A stretch of 64,000 nt of DNA from NCBI GenBank assembly GCA_945787125.1, contig CALZHW010000003.1, positions 4,094 through 68,093 of the forward strand, read 5' to 3'. The position numbers and the translations under genes were made by a program. The notes beneath the pieces were generated by a model. It saw nothing but the letters and a program-made list of their open reading frames with translations. It made no database searches and was not told the DNA's origin. Positions 9,188 to 19,648 of the stretch are shown in pieces. Source of the DNA: an uncultured Ectothiorhodospiraceae bacterium (lineage in GTDB: Bacteria; Pseudomonadota; Gammaproteobacteria; S012-40). The stretch's first letter is position 1. Each line of letters starts with the position of its first letter.

Positions 9188-10489
9188 TTGAATTTTCGAT
9201 CTCGATACTGGTTCAATTCGCTCATACGTGTCTTGTTGATAAGTACACTGATTTTGGGGGTGTCGATCGCGCAGGCATCGGAAGTGCTGACTTTGGACAA
9301 GGCGGTCGCCGAAGTCTTAAGTGCGCATCCTGGTCTGGCGGCTATTGAAGCGCGGGCCAAGGCGCTGGCCACGATTCCAGATCAGGCGGGCGCTCTGCCT
9401 GACCCTAGTTTGTCGGTTAATATCGTCAATCTGCCATTAGATAGTTTATCTTTTAACCAGGAGGGTATGACGCAGTTTCAGGTGGGTATTACACAAGCAC
9501 TGCCATATCCTGGCAAGTTGGCCTTGCGTTCCCAAACTGCTCGGCATGAAGCAGAGGCCGCTAGTGCAGATGTAAAAGAAAAACAGCTGCAACTGGTTCG
9601 TGATGTCAAAACCGTGTGGTGGAACCTCTTCTATCTGGACCGGGCGCTTGAGGTCATTGCCCAAAACCAGATCCTACTGAAGCAGTTCGTCAATGTAGCG
9701 GAGACGCGTTATACGGTCGGTCAGGGCTTGCAACAAGATATTCTGCTGGCGCAATTGGAGTTGTCCAAATTGAGTGACAGCGCTATTCGCGTGCAAAATA
9801 TGCGGGAAAACGAGGTGGTTCGACTGAATATATTGATGGATCGTCCTGTGGCAGAAGCCATCCTACTTCCGGTTGTCGTTGATGAAGCATTGTTGGTGAT
9901 GATGAGTGTGGACGTGTTGCAACAGCGGGTAGAAACAACGCGCCCAAGCCTGGTAGCGCAGATCAAACGTATGGGAGCGGCACGCAGTCGTGTTGATTTG
10001 GCGAAAAAGGATTACGCACCTGATTTTAAAGTGGGCGCAATATATGGCCTGCGTAATGGTAACAACCCCGATGGCAGCGGGCGCGCTGACTTTGGTTCCG
10101 TTATGTTTAGCATGAATCTTCCCCTCTACACCGGTAGCAAGCAGGATCGCGCCGTTGATCAGCGTAATGCTGAGTGGATGCAGCAAAAATACCAGCTGCA
10201 TGATCAACGTAATCAGGTAGCTTCTCAAGTACAGCAGGCCATGATTGACTATCGTCGAGCCGGTGAACGGACACAACTTTTTCAGCAGAAAATTCTTCCT
10301 CAAGCTCGCCAGACCGTAGATGCCATGTTGGCGGGGTATCAGGTTGGCAAGGTTGATTTTTTGGATCTAATTCGCAGCCAAACCACACTTTATGACTATG
10401 AAACCCAATATTGGAAAGCCCTGAGTGGCGCGAATCAGGCTTTAGCTCGATTGATTGCTGCGGTTGGCGAGGAGACTATTTATGAATAA
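9188..10489 (+). CDS. Outer-membrane efflux factor, TolC/CusC/CzcC family
   Basis: Signal peptide and the two-repeat OEP architecture. It is the first gene of a three-gene RND operon with overlapping stop/start codons. Confidence 0.8.
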   Translation: MNFRSRYWFNSLIRVLLISTLILGVSIAQASEVLTLDKAVAEVLSAHPGLAAIEARAKALATIPDQAGALPDPSLSVNIVNLPLDSLSFNQEGMTQFQVGITQALPYPGKLALRSQTARHEAEAASADVKEKQLQLVRDVKTVWWNLFYLDRALEVIAQNQILLKQFVNVAETRYTVGQGLQQDILLAQLELSKLSDSAIRVQNMRENEVVRLNILMDRPVAEAILLPVVVDEALLVMMSVDVLQQRVETTRPSLVAQIKRMGAARSRVDLAKKDYAPDFKVGAIYGLRNGNNPDGSGRADFGSVMFSMNLPLYTGSKQDRAVDQRNAEWMQQKYQLHDQRNQVASQVQQAMIDYRRAGERTQLFQQKILPQARQTVDAMLAGYQVGKVDFLDLIRSQTTLYDYETQYWKALSGANQALARLIAAVGEETIYE

Positions 10490-11957
10490 GAGTACTGTAG
10501 CATTGGTCGTTGTTTTTGCTTTGGGTATTGGCTTTGGTGGAGGCTATTTTCTCTTCAGCCCAAATACCTCAGAGAAAATGGATGCAACGCAGAGCCAATC
10601 AGGCGAACGCAAGGTGCTGTTTTGGCGTAACCCCATGAATCCAGCCATTACCTCGCCGGTTTTCATGCAGGATGACATGGGCATGGATTACATCCCTGTC
10701 TACGCCGATGGAGAGAGGCCCAAAGAAAAAGAGGTGCTCTTTTATCGTAACCCCATGAACCCAGCTATTACCTCACCGGTATTTATGCAGGACGAAATGG
10801 GTATGGATTACATTCCCGTTTATGCCGACGGTGGTGCGGGAGATGAACTCGCTGGCACGGTTACAATTGATCCAGTCACAGTGCAAAATATTGGTGTACG
10901 TACAGCAGTTGCGGAAACCCGTGATTTATCACGGGCACTGAACGGCCTGGGGCGGGTTGATTTCAACGAAGAACGACTGGCCCGTTTGCATCCCAAGACC
11001 TCCGGTTGGATTGAACAATTAATGATTGATGAAACTGGCAAGCGAGTGAATAAAGACACCATCCTGCTTGGCATCTATTCCCCCGACTTGGTGGCTGCGC
11101 AGCAGGAGTATTTGGTGGCGCTTATTAACTGGGAAGCAGTGCGTGACAGCGCTGCTTCCCAAATGAACAAAAGTGCCAAAACCGTCCTGGAAAGCGCCCG
11201 TGAGCGCTTGCACTTATTTGATGTGGCGGAACATCAGATCAAAGAACTGGAAAAAAACCGAAAAATCAAAAAACAACTCCACATCCACTCTCCCTTTGAA
11301 GGTCAGATCATGCACATTGGTGCGAGGGAAGGGCAATATGTCACACCCAAAGACGAGCTTTATCTCATTGCTGACCTAAGTCGCATCTGGGTCAATGTGG
11401 ATATTTTTGAAGATGAATTAAGCTGGTTGAAGTTGGGTAATCGTGCCGAGATGCGCGTGCGTGCGCAACCGGGTCGAACCTATGAAGGCAAAATTACCTT
11501 TATTCATCCGATATTAAATCGTAAAAGCCGCTCAGTACAGGTACGTTTGGAATTCGACAACCGCGATCATTCACTCAAACCAGGCATGTTTGCCAACGTT
11601 ACACTCTATGTCGACCCTCAACCCAGTGCCGTGGTGGTGCCCAGCGAAGCGATTGTGCGTTCAGGCAGTCGCGAACAAGTGTTTGTCGTGCGTGAACCAG
11701 GCAAGTTTGAACCCCGTGAAGTGACACTGGGTGTGAGTGCTGAAGGTTTGACTCAAATCTTATCTGGTGTTGAGGCGGGAGAGCAGGTGGTGACCTCCAG
11801 CCAGTTCCTCATCGACTCCGAATCCAAGCTGCGTGAAGCCACGGCCAAGATGATGAAAGCGATGGCGGGTGAGGGTGACTCCGCTGGTATAGATATGTCG
11901 GACATGGAGATGGATGACATGGATATGGACGATGCATTGATGGAGGATCAACCATGA
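10482..11957 (+). CDS. RND periplasmic adaptor (membrane fusion protein, CusB/CzcB family) with a duplicated Met-rich N-terminal motif and a Met/Asp-rich C-terminal tail
   Basis: HlyD-like beta-barrel and lipoyl-like regions. The 33-aa motif LF(W/Y)RNPMNPAITSPVFMQD(D/E)MGMDYIPVYADG occurs twice. The C-terminus is MSDMEMDDMDMDD. The likely start, MNKSTV at 10482, overlaps the upstream stop. Confidence 0.8.
   Translation: MNKSTVALVVVFALGIGFGGGYFLFSPNTSEKMDATQSQSGERKVLFWRNPMNPAITSPVFMQDDMGMDYIPVYADGERPKEKEVLFYRNPMNPAITSPVFMQDEMGMDYIPVYADGGAGDELAGTVTIDPVTVQNIGVRTAVAETRDLSRALNGLGRVDFNEERLARLHPKTSGWIEQLMIDETGKRVNKDTILLGIYSPDLVAAQQEYLVALINWEAVRDSAASQMNKSAKTVLESARERLHLFDVAEHQIKELEKNRKIKKQLHIHSPFEGQIMHIGAREGQYVTPKDELYLIADLSRIWVNVDIFEDELSWLKLGNRAEMRVRAQPGRTYEGKITFIHPILNRKSRSVQVRLEFDNRDHSLKPGMFANVTLYVDPQPSAVVVPSEAIVRSGSREQVFVVREPGKFEPREVTLGVSAEGLTQILSGVEAGEQVVTSSQFLIDSESKLREATAKMMKAMAGEGDSAGIDMSDMEMDDMDMDDALMEDQP
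10611..10833 (+). repeat. Intragenic tandem duplication (about 102 bp x2, period 120 bp) encoding the duplicated Met-rich motif
   Basis: 10611..10712 and 10731..10833 are about 80% identical and in frame. Confidence 0.8.
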
Positions 11958-14900
11958 TCACCAGCATCATTGACGCCTCCCTGCGTAATCGCTTCCTGAT
12001 TATCATCGCCACTATTATAATCGTGGCGGCAGGGCTGTGGTCGATGAAAAATACACCGCTGGATGCGATTCCTGATCTCTCAGATGTGCAGGTCATCGTC
12101 TTCACCGAATACCCTGGTCAAGCACCCCAAGTGGTTGAAGATCAAGTCACCTATCCGTTGACTACGGCCATGCTGGCCGTGCCCAACGCCAAGGTAGTAC
12201 GCGGTTATTCCTTTTTTGGTTTCTCCTTCGTCTACATCATCTTTGACGACGGTACCGACATGTACTGGGCGCGTTCGCGGGTTCTGGAGTATCTCAACTA
12301 CGTCAGCGGTCGTCTGCCTGATGGCTTAACACCTTCATTAGGGCCGGATGCCACCGGAGTAGGCTGGATCTATGAATATGCCCTGGTCGATAGAACCGGC
12401 AATACCGACCTGGCAGAATTGCGTTCTATTCAAGACTGGTATCTGCGTTATCCCTTACAGACGGTAGAAGGGGTCGCCGAAGTGGCGTCCGTTGGCGGTT
12501 ATGTCAAACAGTATCAGGTAGAAGTCGATCCCAATGCGTTGCTGGCCTACAGCATTCCGCTGTCGAAAGTGAAGCATGCCATTCAGCGCTCTAACAACGA
12601 TGTCGGTGGTAAGTTGGTGGAGATGGCCGAGACTGAATACATGGTGCGCGGCCTGGGTTATATTCAGTCTATTGATGACCTCAATGTGATACCGGTTGGC
12701 GTCGATGAAAATGGCACGCCGATTCGTTTGCAGGATGTGGCGCATGTGCACTTGGGCCCTGAACTGCGCCGTGGCGTGGCGGAATTCAATGGCGAAGGCG
12801 AAGTGGCGGGCGGTGTGGTGATTATGCGCTACGGTGAAAATGCCATGGCGGTCATTGAACGAGTGCGCGCCAAACTGGAAACGTTAAAACCCGGCTTGCC
12901 TGAAGGGGTAGAGATTGTGCCAGTCTATGATCGGGGCGACCTCATTACACGGGCGGTGGAAAACCTTGAAGAGAAATTGATCGAAGAGATCATCGTCGTT
13001 AGCATCATCTGTATCTTGTTTTTGCTGCATGCCCGTTCGGCTTTAGTGGCAATTATCTCCCTGCCTATCGGCATCTTGCTCGCTTTTACGATCATGAAAT
13101 GGCAGGGCATCAATGCCAACATCATGTCCTTAGGGGGGATTGCGATTGCCATTGGTGCCATGGTGGATGGGGCGATTGTGATGATCGAAAACGCGCACAA
13201 ACACCTGGAGCAAATGGTTAAAGAGAAAGGCCGAGAACTAACTTCGCCCGAACGATGGCAAGCTGTCTCAGAAGCATCCCGAGAAGTCGGCCCGGCACTG
13301 TTCTTTTCGCTACTGATTATCACCGTCTCCTTCCTGCCAGTGTTTACCTTACAAGCACAGGAAGGGCGACTTTTCGCGCCACTCGCCTTTACAAAAACCT
13401 ATGCTATGGCTGCGGCGGCTATCTTGGCGATTACCTTAGTACCGGTGCTAATGGGTTATTTTATTCGCGGCAAGATTCCGCCTGAAGCCAAAAATCCGGT
13501 CAACCGTTTTCTCCATTTCATTCATGTACCGACACTGGATCTTGCCATTCGCTGGCGTTGGGTGACATTAACGTTGGCCCTGCTGTTGTTAGTTGCAACG
13601 GCCTATCCACTCAGCAAGCTGGGCAGTGAATTTATGCCGCCGCTGAATGAGGGTGACATTCTTTATATGCCGACTACCTACCCTGGTGTTTCTATCACCA
13701 AGGCCAAGGAACTCTTGCAGCAGACAGACAAGATCATTAAAACGTTTCCCGAGGTGCAGAGTGTTTTCGGCAAGGTGGGGCGAGCCGAAACCGCTACTGA
13801 TCCGGCGCCGCTGGCAATGCTCGAAACCACGATTCGACTCAAACCCAAAGACGAGTGGCCTGACCCGAAAAAGACAGTGAAAGAACTGATGGACGAGATG
13901 GACGCGGCGATTAAATTTCCGGGGCTAGCCAACGCTTGGACCATGCCTATCAAGACCCGCATCGATATGCTTTCCACCGGTATTAAAACACCCATCGGCA
14001 TCAAGGTTAGCGGGCCTGATTTAAAGGTATTGGAGGAGGTTGGTAATGATATCGAGCAGGCCTTGAAACAACTACCCGATACGCTCTCTGCTTTTGCGGA
14101 TAAAGCAGCCGGTGGTTACTACCTCGACTTCGATATCAACCGCGAAGAGGCGTCCCGTTACGGGCTCACCACTGGCGATGTACAGGATGTGATTCAGACC
14201 GCCATCGGTGGCATGAACGTGACTCAGACCGTTGAAGGCTTGGAGCGTTATCCGATCAACTTGCGTTATCCCCGCGAGCTACGCGATAACCTCGATAGTC
14301 TAAAGCGAGTATTGATTCCCACACCCACCGGCGCGCAAATTCCTCTGTCGCTGGTAGCTGATCTGGAACTGCGTCGTGGTCCACCAGGCATCAAGAGCGA
14401 AAACTCTCGCCCCAATGCTTGGGTTTATGTGGATATCAAAACTTCGGACATTGGCGGTTATGTGGAACAGGCCAAAAAGGTGGTGGCCAGCCAGGTCAAA
14501 ATCCCGCCCGGCTACAACCTCGTGTGGTCCGGTCAGTTCGAGTACATGGAGCGGGCGGCCGAACGTTTACGTATCGTCGTGCCCGCTACCTTATTGGTGA
14601 TTTTTCTGTTGCTCTACTTCAACTTCCGCAACATCACTGCGCCGTTGGTCGTCATGCTCTCCATTCCATTTGGTTTGATCGGTGGCTTTTGGTTGATCTA
14701 TTTGTTGGGCTACAATCTCTCGGTTGCTGTGGTGGTCGGGTTTATCGCCCTGGCAGGAGTCGCGGCGGAGATTGGCGTTTTGGTGCTTACCTTCATCGAT
14801 CAAGAATTGGCTCGGCGTCGTAAAGAAAAAGGTCACTTAGACGCGGCTGACATCATGTCCGCTGTGCATCGCGGCACATCAGCACGGGTTCGTCCCATCG

Positions 14901-15148
14901 CCATGACGGCCACTGCAATTATCGCTGGTCTGCTACCCATCATGTGGGGCACTGGCACAGGATCTGAAGTGATGCAACGCATCGCTGCACCAATGGTGGG
15001 TGGTATGGTCACAGTCACGATTCTCTGCCTGCTGGTGTTACCAGTAATCTATGGCTTGGTTCTTCAAGTCCAGGAAAAATTTAAACAGGGTCATAACGAC
15101 CAGGAGACAGCTTCGCATAATGGGTTGGGCGAAACTGGTACTCGATAA
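11954..15148 (+). CDS. Heavy-metal efflux RND transporter (HME-RND, CusA/CzcA family)
   Basis: 1064 aa, 12 TM segments with two large periplasmic loops, and the characteristic AIVMIENAHK and GG..VM motifs of CusA/CzcA pumps. Confidence 0.9.
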   Translation: MITSIIDASLRNRFLIIIATIIIVAAGLWSMKNTPLDAIPDLSDVQVIVFTEYPGQAPQVVEDQVTYPLTTAMLAVPNAKVVRGYSFFGFSFVYIIFDDGTDMYWARSRVLEYLNYVSGRLPDGLTPSLGPDATGVGWIYEYALVDRTGNTDLAELRSIQDWYLRYPLQTVEGVAEVASVGGYVKQYQVEVDPNALLAYSIPLSKVKHAIQRSNNDVGGKLVEMAETEYMVRGLGYIQSIDDLNVIPVGVDENGTPIRLQDVAHVHLGPELRRGVAEFNGEGEVAGGVVIMRYGENAMAVIERVRAKLETLKPGLPEGVEIVPVYDRGDLITRAVENLEEKLIEEIIVVSIICILFLLHARSALVAIISLPIGILLAFTIMKWQGINANIMSLGGIAIAIGAMVDGAIVMIENAHKHLEQMVKEKGRELTSPERWQAVSEASREVGPALFFSLLIITVSFLPVFTLQAQEGRLFAPLAFTKTYAMAAAAILAITLVPVLMGYFIRGKIPPEAKNPVNRFLHFIHVPTLDLAIRWRWVTLTLALLLLVATAYPLSKLGSEFMPPLNEGDILYMPTTYPGVSITKAKELLQQTDKIIKTFPEVQSVFGKVGRAETATDPAPLAMLETTIRLKPKDEWPDPKKTVKELMDEMDAAIKFPGLANAWTMPIKTRIDMLSTGIKTPIGIKVSGPDLKVLEEVGNDIEQALKQLPDTLSAFADKAAGGYYLDFDINREEASRYGLTTGDVQDVIQTAIGGMNVTQTVEGLERYPINLRYPRELRDNLDSLKRVLIPTPTGAQIPLSLVADLELRRGPPGIKSENSRPNAWVYVDIKTSDIGGYVEQAKKVVASQVKIPPGYNLVWSGQFEYMERAAERLRIVVPATLLVIFLLLYFNFRNITAPLVVMLSIPFGLIGGFWLIYLLGYNLSVAVVVGFIALAGVAAEIGVLVLTFIDQELARRRKEKGHLDAADIMSAVHRGTSARVRPIAMTATAIIAGLLPIMWGTGTGSEVMQRIAAPMVGGMVTVTILCLLVLPVIYGLVLQVQEKFKQGHNDQETASHNGLGETGTR

Positions 15149-15184
15149 TTAATCATTTAGCCCAAAGTTTGTAAGGATTAAGCA

Positions 15185-15655
15185 ATGAGAAAAGTAGTAA
15201 AACCTTTATCAGCGATCACCTTCGTCGCATTGTTAGCGGCAACAGGATCTTTGTACGCATCAGGTGATCACTCACAGGGTCACGATGATCATAATAAGTC
15301 TGAAATGAAACATGATAATCACGGCTCTACCATGGGAGAAATGTTTCTAAAGAAAACGGAGATCGATGGTTACGATGTTAGTTTTCATATCATGAAAGCC
15401 AAACCTGGCAAACAGATGGGTGGCACCCATGACTTTATGGTTAAAGTCGAAAAAGATGGAAAGGCACTTTCTAACATTGTTATGAATACGAAAGTTAAAC
15501 ACCCAAACGGCAAGTCGGAAAGTAAAAAAGCCATGAAGATGGGGGATTGGCTGATGGCAGGTTATGACTTGGGGCACGAAGGTAAACACCAGTTAATGAT
15601 TTTGTTTAAGACCGCTGATGGTAAGAAACACAAAGGCGGTGTTTATTATCCATAG
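15185..15655 (+). CDS. Secreted His/Met-rich putative metal-binding protein, uncharacterised family (paralog A2)
   Basis: Signal peptide, His-rich N-terminus (GDHSQGHDDHNKSEMKHDNHGS), and the same conserved core as ORF 8013. Confidence 0.6.
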   Translation: MRKVVKPLSAITFVALLAATGSLYASGDHSQGHDDHNKSEMKHDNHGSTMGEMFLKKTEIDGYDVSFHIMKAKPGKQMGGTHDFMVKVEKDGKALSNIVMNTKVKHPNGKSESKKAMKMGDWLMAGYDLGHEGKHQLMILFKTADGKKHKGGVYYP

Positions 15656-15678
15656 TCCCTTAAAAACAGGACTGAATT

Positions 15679-15726
15679 ATGTCAATGATTATGACATCTC
15701 TTAACACAAGTAATGAGGAACATTAA
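15679..15726 (+). pseudogene. 15-codon remnant of a CMD-family gene start (paralog of 8511..9092)
   Basis: ATGTCAATGATTATGACATCTCTTAACAC... gives MSMIMTSLNTSNEEH*. The first codons match ATGTCAATCATTAACAC (MSIINT) of the intact CMD gene. It occupies the same position, between the A-paralog and the membrane protein. Confidence 0.4.
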
Positions 15727-16356
15727 ATGATTGAAATAATTCCCAATTGGCACCCGATTTTCGTGCACTTTACTGTCGCATTATTATCGCTGGCAGCCGG
15801 ACTTTTTGTCGTAACACCGTTTATTAAATCTCCGTTGAAAGAACAGTGGATCATCGTTGCCCGGTGGACGTTGTGGTTCGGCGCGGGAATCACCATCATT
15901 ACGGGACTCACCGGACTTTATGCATATAACACAGTTGATCACGATTCTCCGTCGCACCTGGCAATGACGGAACATCGCAACTGGGCGATTGTGACAATCT
16001 CGCTTTTTCTAGCGCTTGCTGCGTGGTCTATAGTCTGGGTACGTAAAAACAAAACGTTGGGAACAGCGTTTGTGGTGTGTATTGCGATCGCAGGCGCTGT
16101 CTTGGGCTCTACCGCTTGGCACGGTGGCGAAGTGGTCTATCGTTATGGCATTGGCGTGATGTCGTTACCGAAAGTAGAGGGTGACGGACATAACCACGCC
16201 CATGGCGAAAGTAGTGATCATAAAGATGCTTCTAAAACAGGTATGGAAGAACGTCACAATAATCACAGCGAAAGGGAACATCAAGATGAAATGAAGATGG
16301 ATTTCAGTGACATGGATACGATGAAAAATGATGATGGTCATGATCATGACCATTAA
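15727..16356 (+). CDS. DUF2231-like integral membrane protein with a His-rich C-terminal tail
   Basis: Four predicted TM helices, an N-terminal NWHPIFVHF motif, and a C-terminal HNHAHGESSDH...DDGHDHDH tail. Confidence 0.55.
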   Translation: MIEIIPNWHPIFVHFTVALLSLAAGLFVVTPFIKSPLKEQWIIVARWTLWFGAGITIITGLTGLYAYNTVDHDSPSHLAMTEHRNWAIVTISLFLALAAWSIVWVRKNKTLGTAFVVCIAIAGAVLGSTAWHGGEVVYRYGIGVMSLPKVEGDGHNHAHGESSDHKDASKTGMEERHNNHSEREHQDEMKMDFSDMDTMKNDDGHDHDH

Positions 16357-16498
16357 AAATTTTGTTGAATTAACCTGAGATCACTAATCATTGATATGTA
16401 CGATATTAGAGGCGATTTAAAGAGGTGTAAGGACGAGACTTTCCTTTGCTTGTTCGGGAGGTGAAGCAAATATAATGAATTAATGAAGGAGGCAGGTC

Positions 16499-18943
16499 AT
16501 GAAAACCGATCCGGTTTGTGGCATGGACGTGGCGGATGATACTCGATATCACACGAATCACAATGAGCAGATGTTTTACTTTTGCAGTGAGCATTGTTTG
16601 CATAAATTTGAGACTGAGCCAGAAAAATATGTGCAGACCGAGTCGCTCACCGATCCAGTGTGCGGTATGAATGTCACTGAGGAGTCGGTGCATCACACTG
16701 AGCATAGGGGCAAAACACATTATTTTTGCAGTACAGGCTGTTTGAATAAGTTTTTGGCATCATCAGAACAATATCTTAGGGATGTTCACTCTCAACACGC
16801 CGTTCATGATAATAAGTCGGTGGATAAGTCCGCGATCTACACTTGCCCCATGCATCCTGAAATCGAACAGCAAGGCCCGGGCAGTTGTCCTAAGTGCGGT
16901 ATGGCGCTGGAACCGCGCACGGTCGAAGCCGATGAGGATACCAGCGAACTGGATGACATGACACGCCGTTTCTGGGTCAGCTCTCTACTGGCGATCCCGG
17001 TTTTTTTTAGCGCTATGGCTGCCGAGTTTTGGCCAGAGTTCATCAATGGCCTAATTTCACCGGTCGCACGGCAATGGGGCGAGCTCATTTTATCCGCTCC
17101 TGTAGTGTGGTGGGGTGGCTGGGTTTTCTTTCAACGCGGCTGGCAATCTATTGTCACTCGCAATCTTAATATGTTCACGTTAATAGCTGTCGGTGTTGGT
17201 ATTGCCTGGATTTACAGTCTTATTGCAGTACTGCTGCCGGGTATATTTCCGCCCGCTGTCTTTAGTGAGGCAGGAGTAGTTCCGGTCTATTTTGAAGCTG
17301 CCGCTGTGATTACCGCTCTCGTCCTGTTAGGGCAAGTAATGGAGCTGCGCGCTCGTAGCCAAACCAATGCTGCCATTAAACTTCTGCTTGGCCTGGCCCC
17401 AAAAGCAGCGCGTATTGTTCGTGAAGATGGCACGGAGGAAGATATTCCGTTGGAGCATGTTCAAGTTGGAGATCACTTACGTATTCGTCCCGGCGAAAAA
17501 ATACCTGTGGATGGTAATGTTATCAATGGTGAAAGTAATGTTGACGAATCCATGGTGACCGGTGAGCCAATTCCTGTCGCCAAGTCAGTGGGCGAGCGAC
17601 TAATCGGCGCTACCGTCAACGGTACAGGTGGCCTGTTGATGCGCGCCGAGAAAGTGGGTGCCGATACGTTGCTCGCACAGATCGTCAAAATGGTTGCTGA
17701 TGCGCAGCGCTCCCGCGCACCGATTCAAAAATTGGTGGATATTGTTGCCGGTTACTTCGTACCGACAGTGGTGGTCATCGCCGTTATTACCTTCATTGTT
17801 TGGAGTTTGTTTGGGCCGGAACCCGCTATTGCCTATGCCGTGATTAACGCCGTGGCGGTATTGATTATTGCCTGCCCTTGTGCGCTAGGTTTAGCCACTC
17901 CCATGTCCATCATGGTTGGTACCGGCAAAGGAGCGATGATGGGGGTGTTGATCAAAAATGCGGAGGCATTAGAGATTATGCAAAAGGTGGATACTCTGGT
18001 TGTGGACAAAACCGGTACGCTTACCGAAGGCAAACCAAAGCTGGTCTCGGTGTTTGCCAATGAAGATTTTAAAGAGAATGACAATCTGCGTCTGGCTGCC
18101 AGTTTAGAGCGAGCTAGCGAGCATCCGCTGGCGGAAGCGATTGTGAAAGGCGCTGAGGAACGTGGAATAGATTTGGCTCAAGCTCAAAACTTTCAATCAG
18201 TAACTGGCAAGGGTGTTACCGGAAATGTAGACGGAAGGGAAGTGGCCCTGGGAAATCTAAAATTACTTGAGAGTCTCGGTATTGATGCGGGTGGTTTGCC
18301 GCAACAAGCAGACAATCAACGTGCCGAAGGTCAGACCGTGATGTTGCTGGCGGTTGATGGTAAAGCCGCGGGTTTGATCGGTGTCGCCGATCCAATTAAA
18401 GAGAGCACACCGGAGGCGATCCGTAATTTACATGAGGAAGGTATCCGCGTGGTCATGCTCACCGGGGATAGTCGCAAGACCGCCGAAGCAGTCGCTGCTA
18501 AACTGGGTATTGATCAAGTACACGCCGAAGTGTTGCCAGAACAAAAAGCTGAAGTAGTAAAACAACTTCAGGCTGAAGGATTCATCGTCGCCATGGCGGG
18601 TGATGGTATCAATGATGCGCCTGCTTTGGCCCAGGCCCATGTGGGCATTGCCATGGGTACTGGTACTGATGTAGCCATGGAAAGCGCAGGTGTAACATTG
18701 GTCAAGGGTGATTTGCGAGGCATCGTACGTGCTGTGCGATTATCGCGCGCCACTATGCGCAACATTCGCCAAAACTTGTTCTTTGCCTTTATCTATAACG
18801 CCGCCGGAGTGCCAATAGCGGCGGGGGTGCTTTATCCCGTCTTCGGATTACTACTCTCTCCCATGATAGCGGCAGCAGCCATGAGCTTCAGTTCGGTATC
18901 AGTGATCACCAATGCCTTACGGTTGAGGCGAGTTAAATTATGA
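16499..18943 (+). CDS. copA: Copper(I)-translocating P1B-type ATPase with an N-terminus of two TRASH/YHS domains plus a CPMHPE..CPKCGM domain
   Basis: TRASH/YHS motifs CGMDV...FCSEHC and CGMNV...FCSTGC, then [22 protein letters not shown], then the CPC transduction motif, [15 protein letters not shown] and the HP motif. 814 aa. Confidence 0.9.
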   Translation: MKTDPVCGMDVADDTRYHTNHNEQMFYFCSEHCLHKFETEPEKYVQTESLTDPVCGMNVTEESVHHTEHRGKTHYFCSTGCLNKFLASSEQYLRDVHSQHAVHDNKSVDKSAIYTCPMHPEIEQQGPGSCPKCGMALEPRTVEADEDTSELDDMTRRFWVSSLLAIPVFFSAMAAEFWPEFINGLISPVARQWGELILSAPVVWWGGWVFFQRGWQSIVTRNLNMFTLIAVGVGIAWIYSLIAVLLPGIFPPAVFSEAGVVPVYFEAAAVITALVLLGQVMELRARSQTNAAIKLLLGLAPKAARIVREDGTEEDIPLEHVQVGDHLRIRPGEKIPVDGNVINGESNVDESMVTGEPIPVAKSVGERLIGATVNGTGGLLMRAEKVGADTLLAQIVKMVADAQRSRAPIQKLVDIVAGYFVPTVVVIAVITFIVWSLFGPEPAIAYAVINAVAVLIIACPCALGLATPMSIMVGTGKGAMMGVLIKNAEALEIMQKVDTLVVDKTGTLTEGKPKLVSVFANEDFKENDNLRLAASLERASEHPLAEAIVKGAEERGIDLAQAQNFQSVTGKGVTGNVDGREVALGNLKLLESLGIDAGGLPQQADNQRAEGQTVMLLAVDGKAAGLIGVADPIKESTPEAIRNLHEEGIRVVMLTGDSRKTAEAVAAKLGIDQVHAEVLPEQKAEVVKQLQAEGFIVAMAGDGINDAPALAQAHVGIAMGTGTDVAMESAGVTLVKGDLRGIVRAVRLSRATMRNIRQNLFFAFIYNAAGVPIAAGVLYPVFGLLLSPMIAAAAMSFSSVSVITNALRLRRVKL

Positions 18944-18961
18944 ATTTTTCAAACTGGGGAG

Positions 18962-19648
18962 ATGCAACAAATGCATGGTGATACTGGGTATGCCTATGGT
19001 ATGTGGGTAGTAGCGGCTTTTAACATCGGCATTTTTCTGTTTTTCATTTTAAGTTTTCTCAAGCCGCGGGGCAGCGAGGAATGGCGCAGCATGGGGGTAG
19101 TAACTGCCTTTCTGGTGGCACTCTTCGCCGAGATGTATGGTTTTCCTTTAACGATTTATCTGCTTTCTGGCTGGTTAGGCGATGCCTACCCAGTGTTACA
19201 ACCCTTCAACCATAAATACGGTCACCTTTGGGTAGTGGTGTTTGGTGGCTCAACCCTGGCTTGGGCAATAGTGATGGGTTTGAGTCTGGGGTTTATGATA
19301 ATGGGCTATATGCTACTCTCGAAGGGCTGGACGCAGATCCACGCTGCTCAAGGTGGATTGGTTTCTAACGGAATCTATGCTTATGTGCGTCATCCTCAAT
19401 ACACAGGATTGTTCCTCGTTATTATCGGTTTTCTAATTCAGTGGCCCACGTTGCTCACCGTGATAATGGCTCCCATTCTTCTTTATGCTTATACACATTT
19501 AGCACGAGTCGAAGAAAAGCGTGCGGAGAAAGTATTTGGTGACGCATATATTAAATACGCAGACAAAACGCCTGCTTTTTTTCCACCACTAAATCAATGG
19601 CACGCATTTCTAACACTAGAGGTAGACAAATTAGATGAGAGAAAATAA
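18962..19648 (+). CDS. Isoprenylcysteine carboxyl methyltransferase (ICMT/PEMT) family membrane protein
   Basis: Multi-TM protein with the NGIYAYVRHPQYTG motif of the ICMT family. Confidence 0.65.
   Translation: MQQMHGDTGYAYGMWVVAAFNIGIFLFFILSFLKPRGSEEWRSMGVVTAFLVALFAEMYGFPLTIYLLSGWLGDAYPVLQPFNHKYGHLWVVVFGGSTLAWAIVMGLSLGFMIMGYMLLSKGWTQIHAAQGGLVSNGIYAYVRHPQYTGLFLVIIGFLIQWPTLLTVIMAPILLYAYTHLARVEEKRAEKVFGDAYIKYADKTPAFFPPLNQWHAFLTLEVDKLDERK

Noticed and set aside
16357-16498. CueR/MerR-type palindrome upstream of copA
   Set aside because: Only a weak imperfect dyad (tttgctt..gaagcaaa) without the 19-bp-spacer promoter architecture. This is not enough to call.
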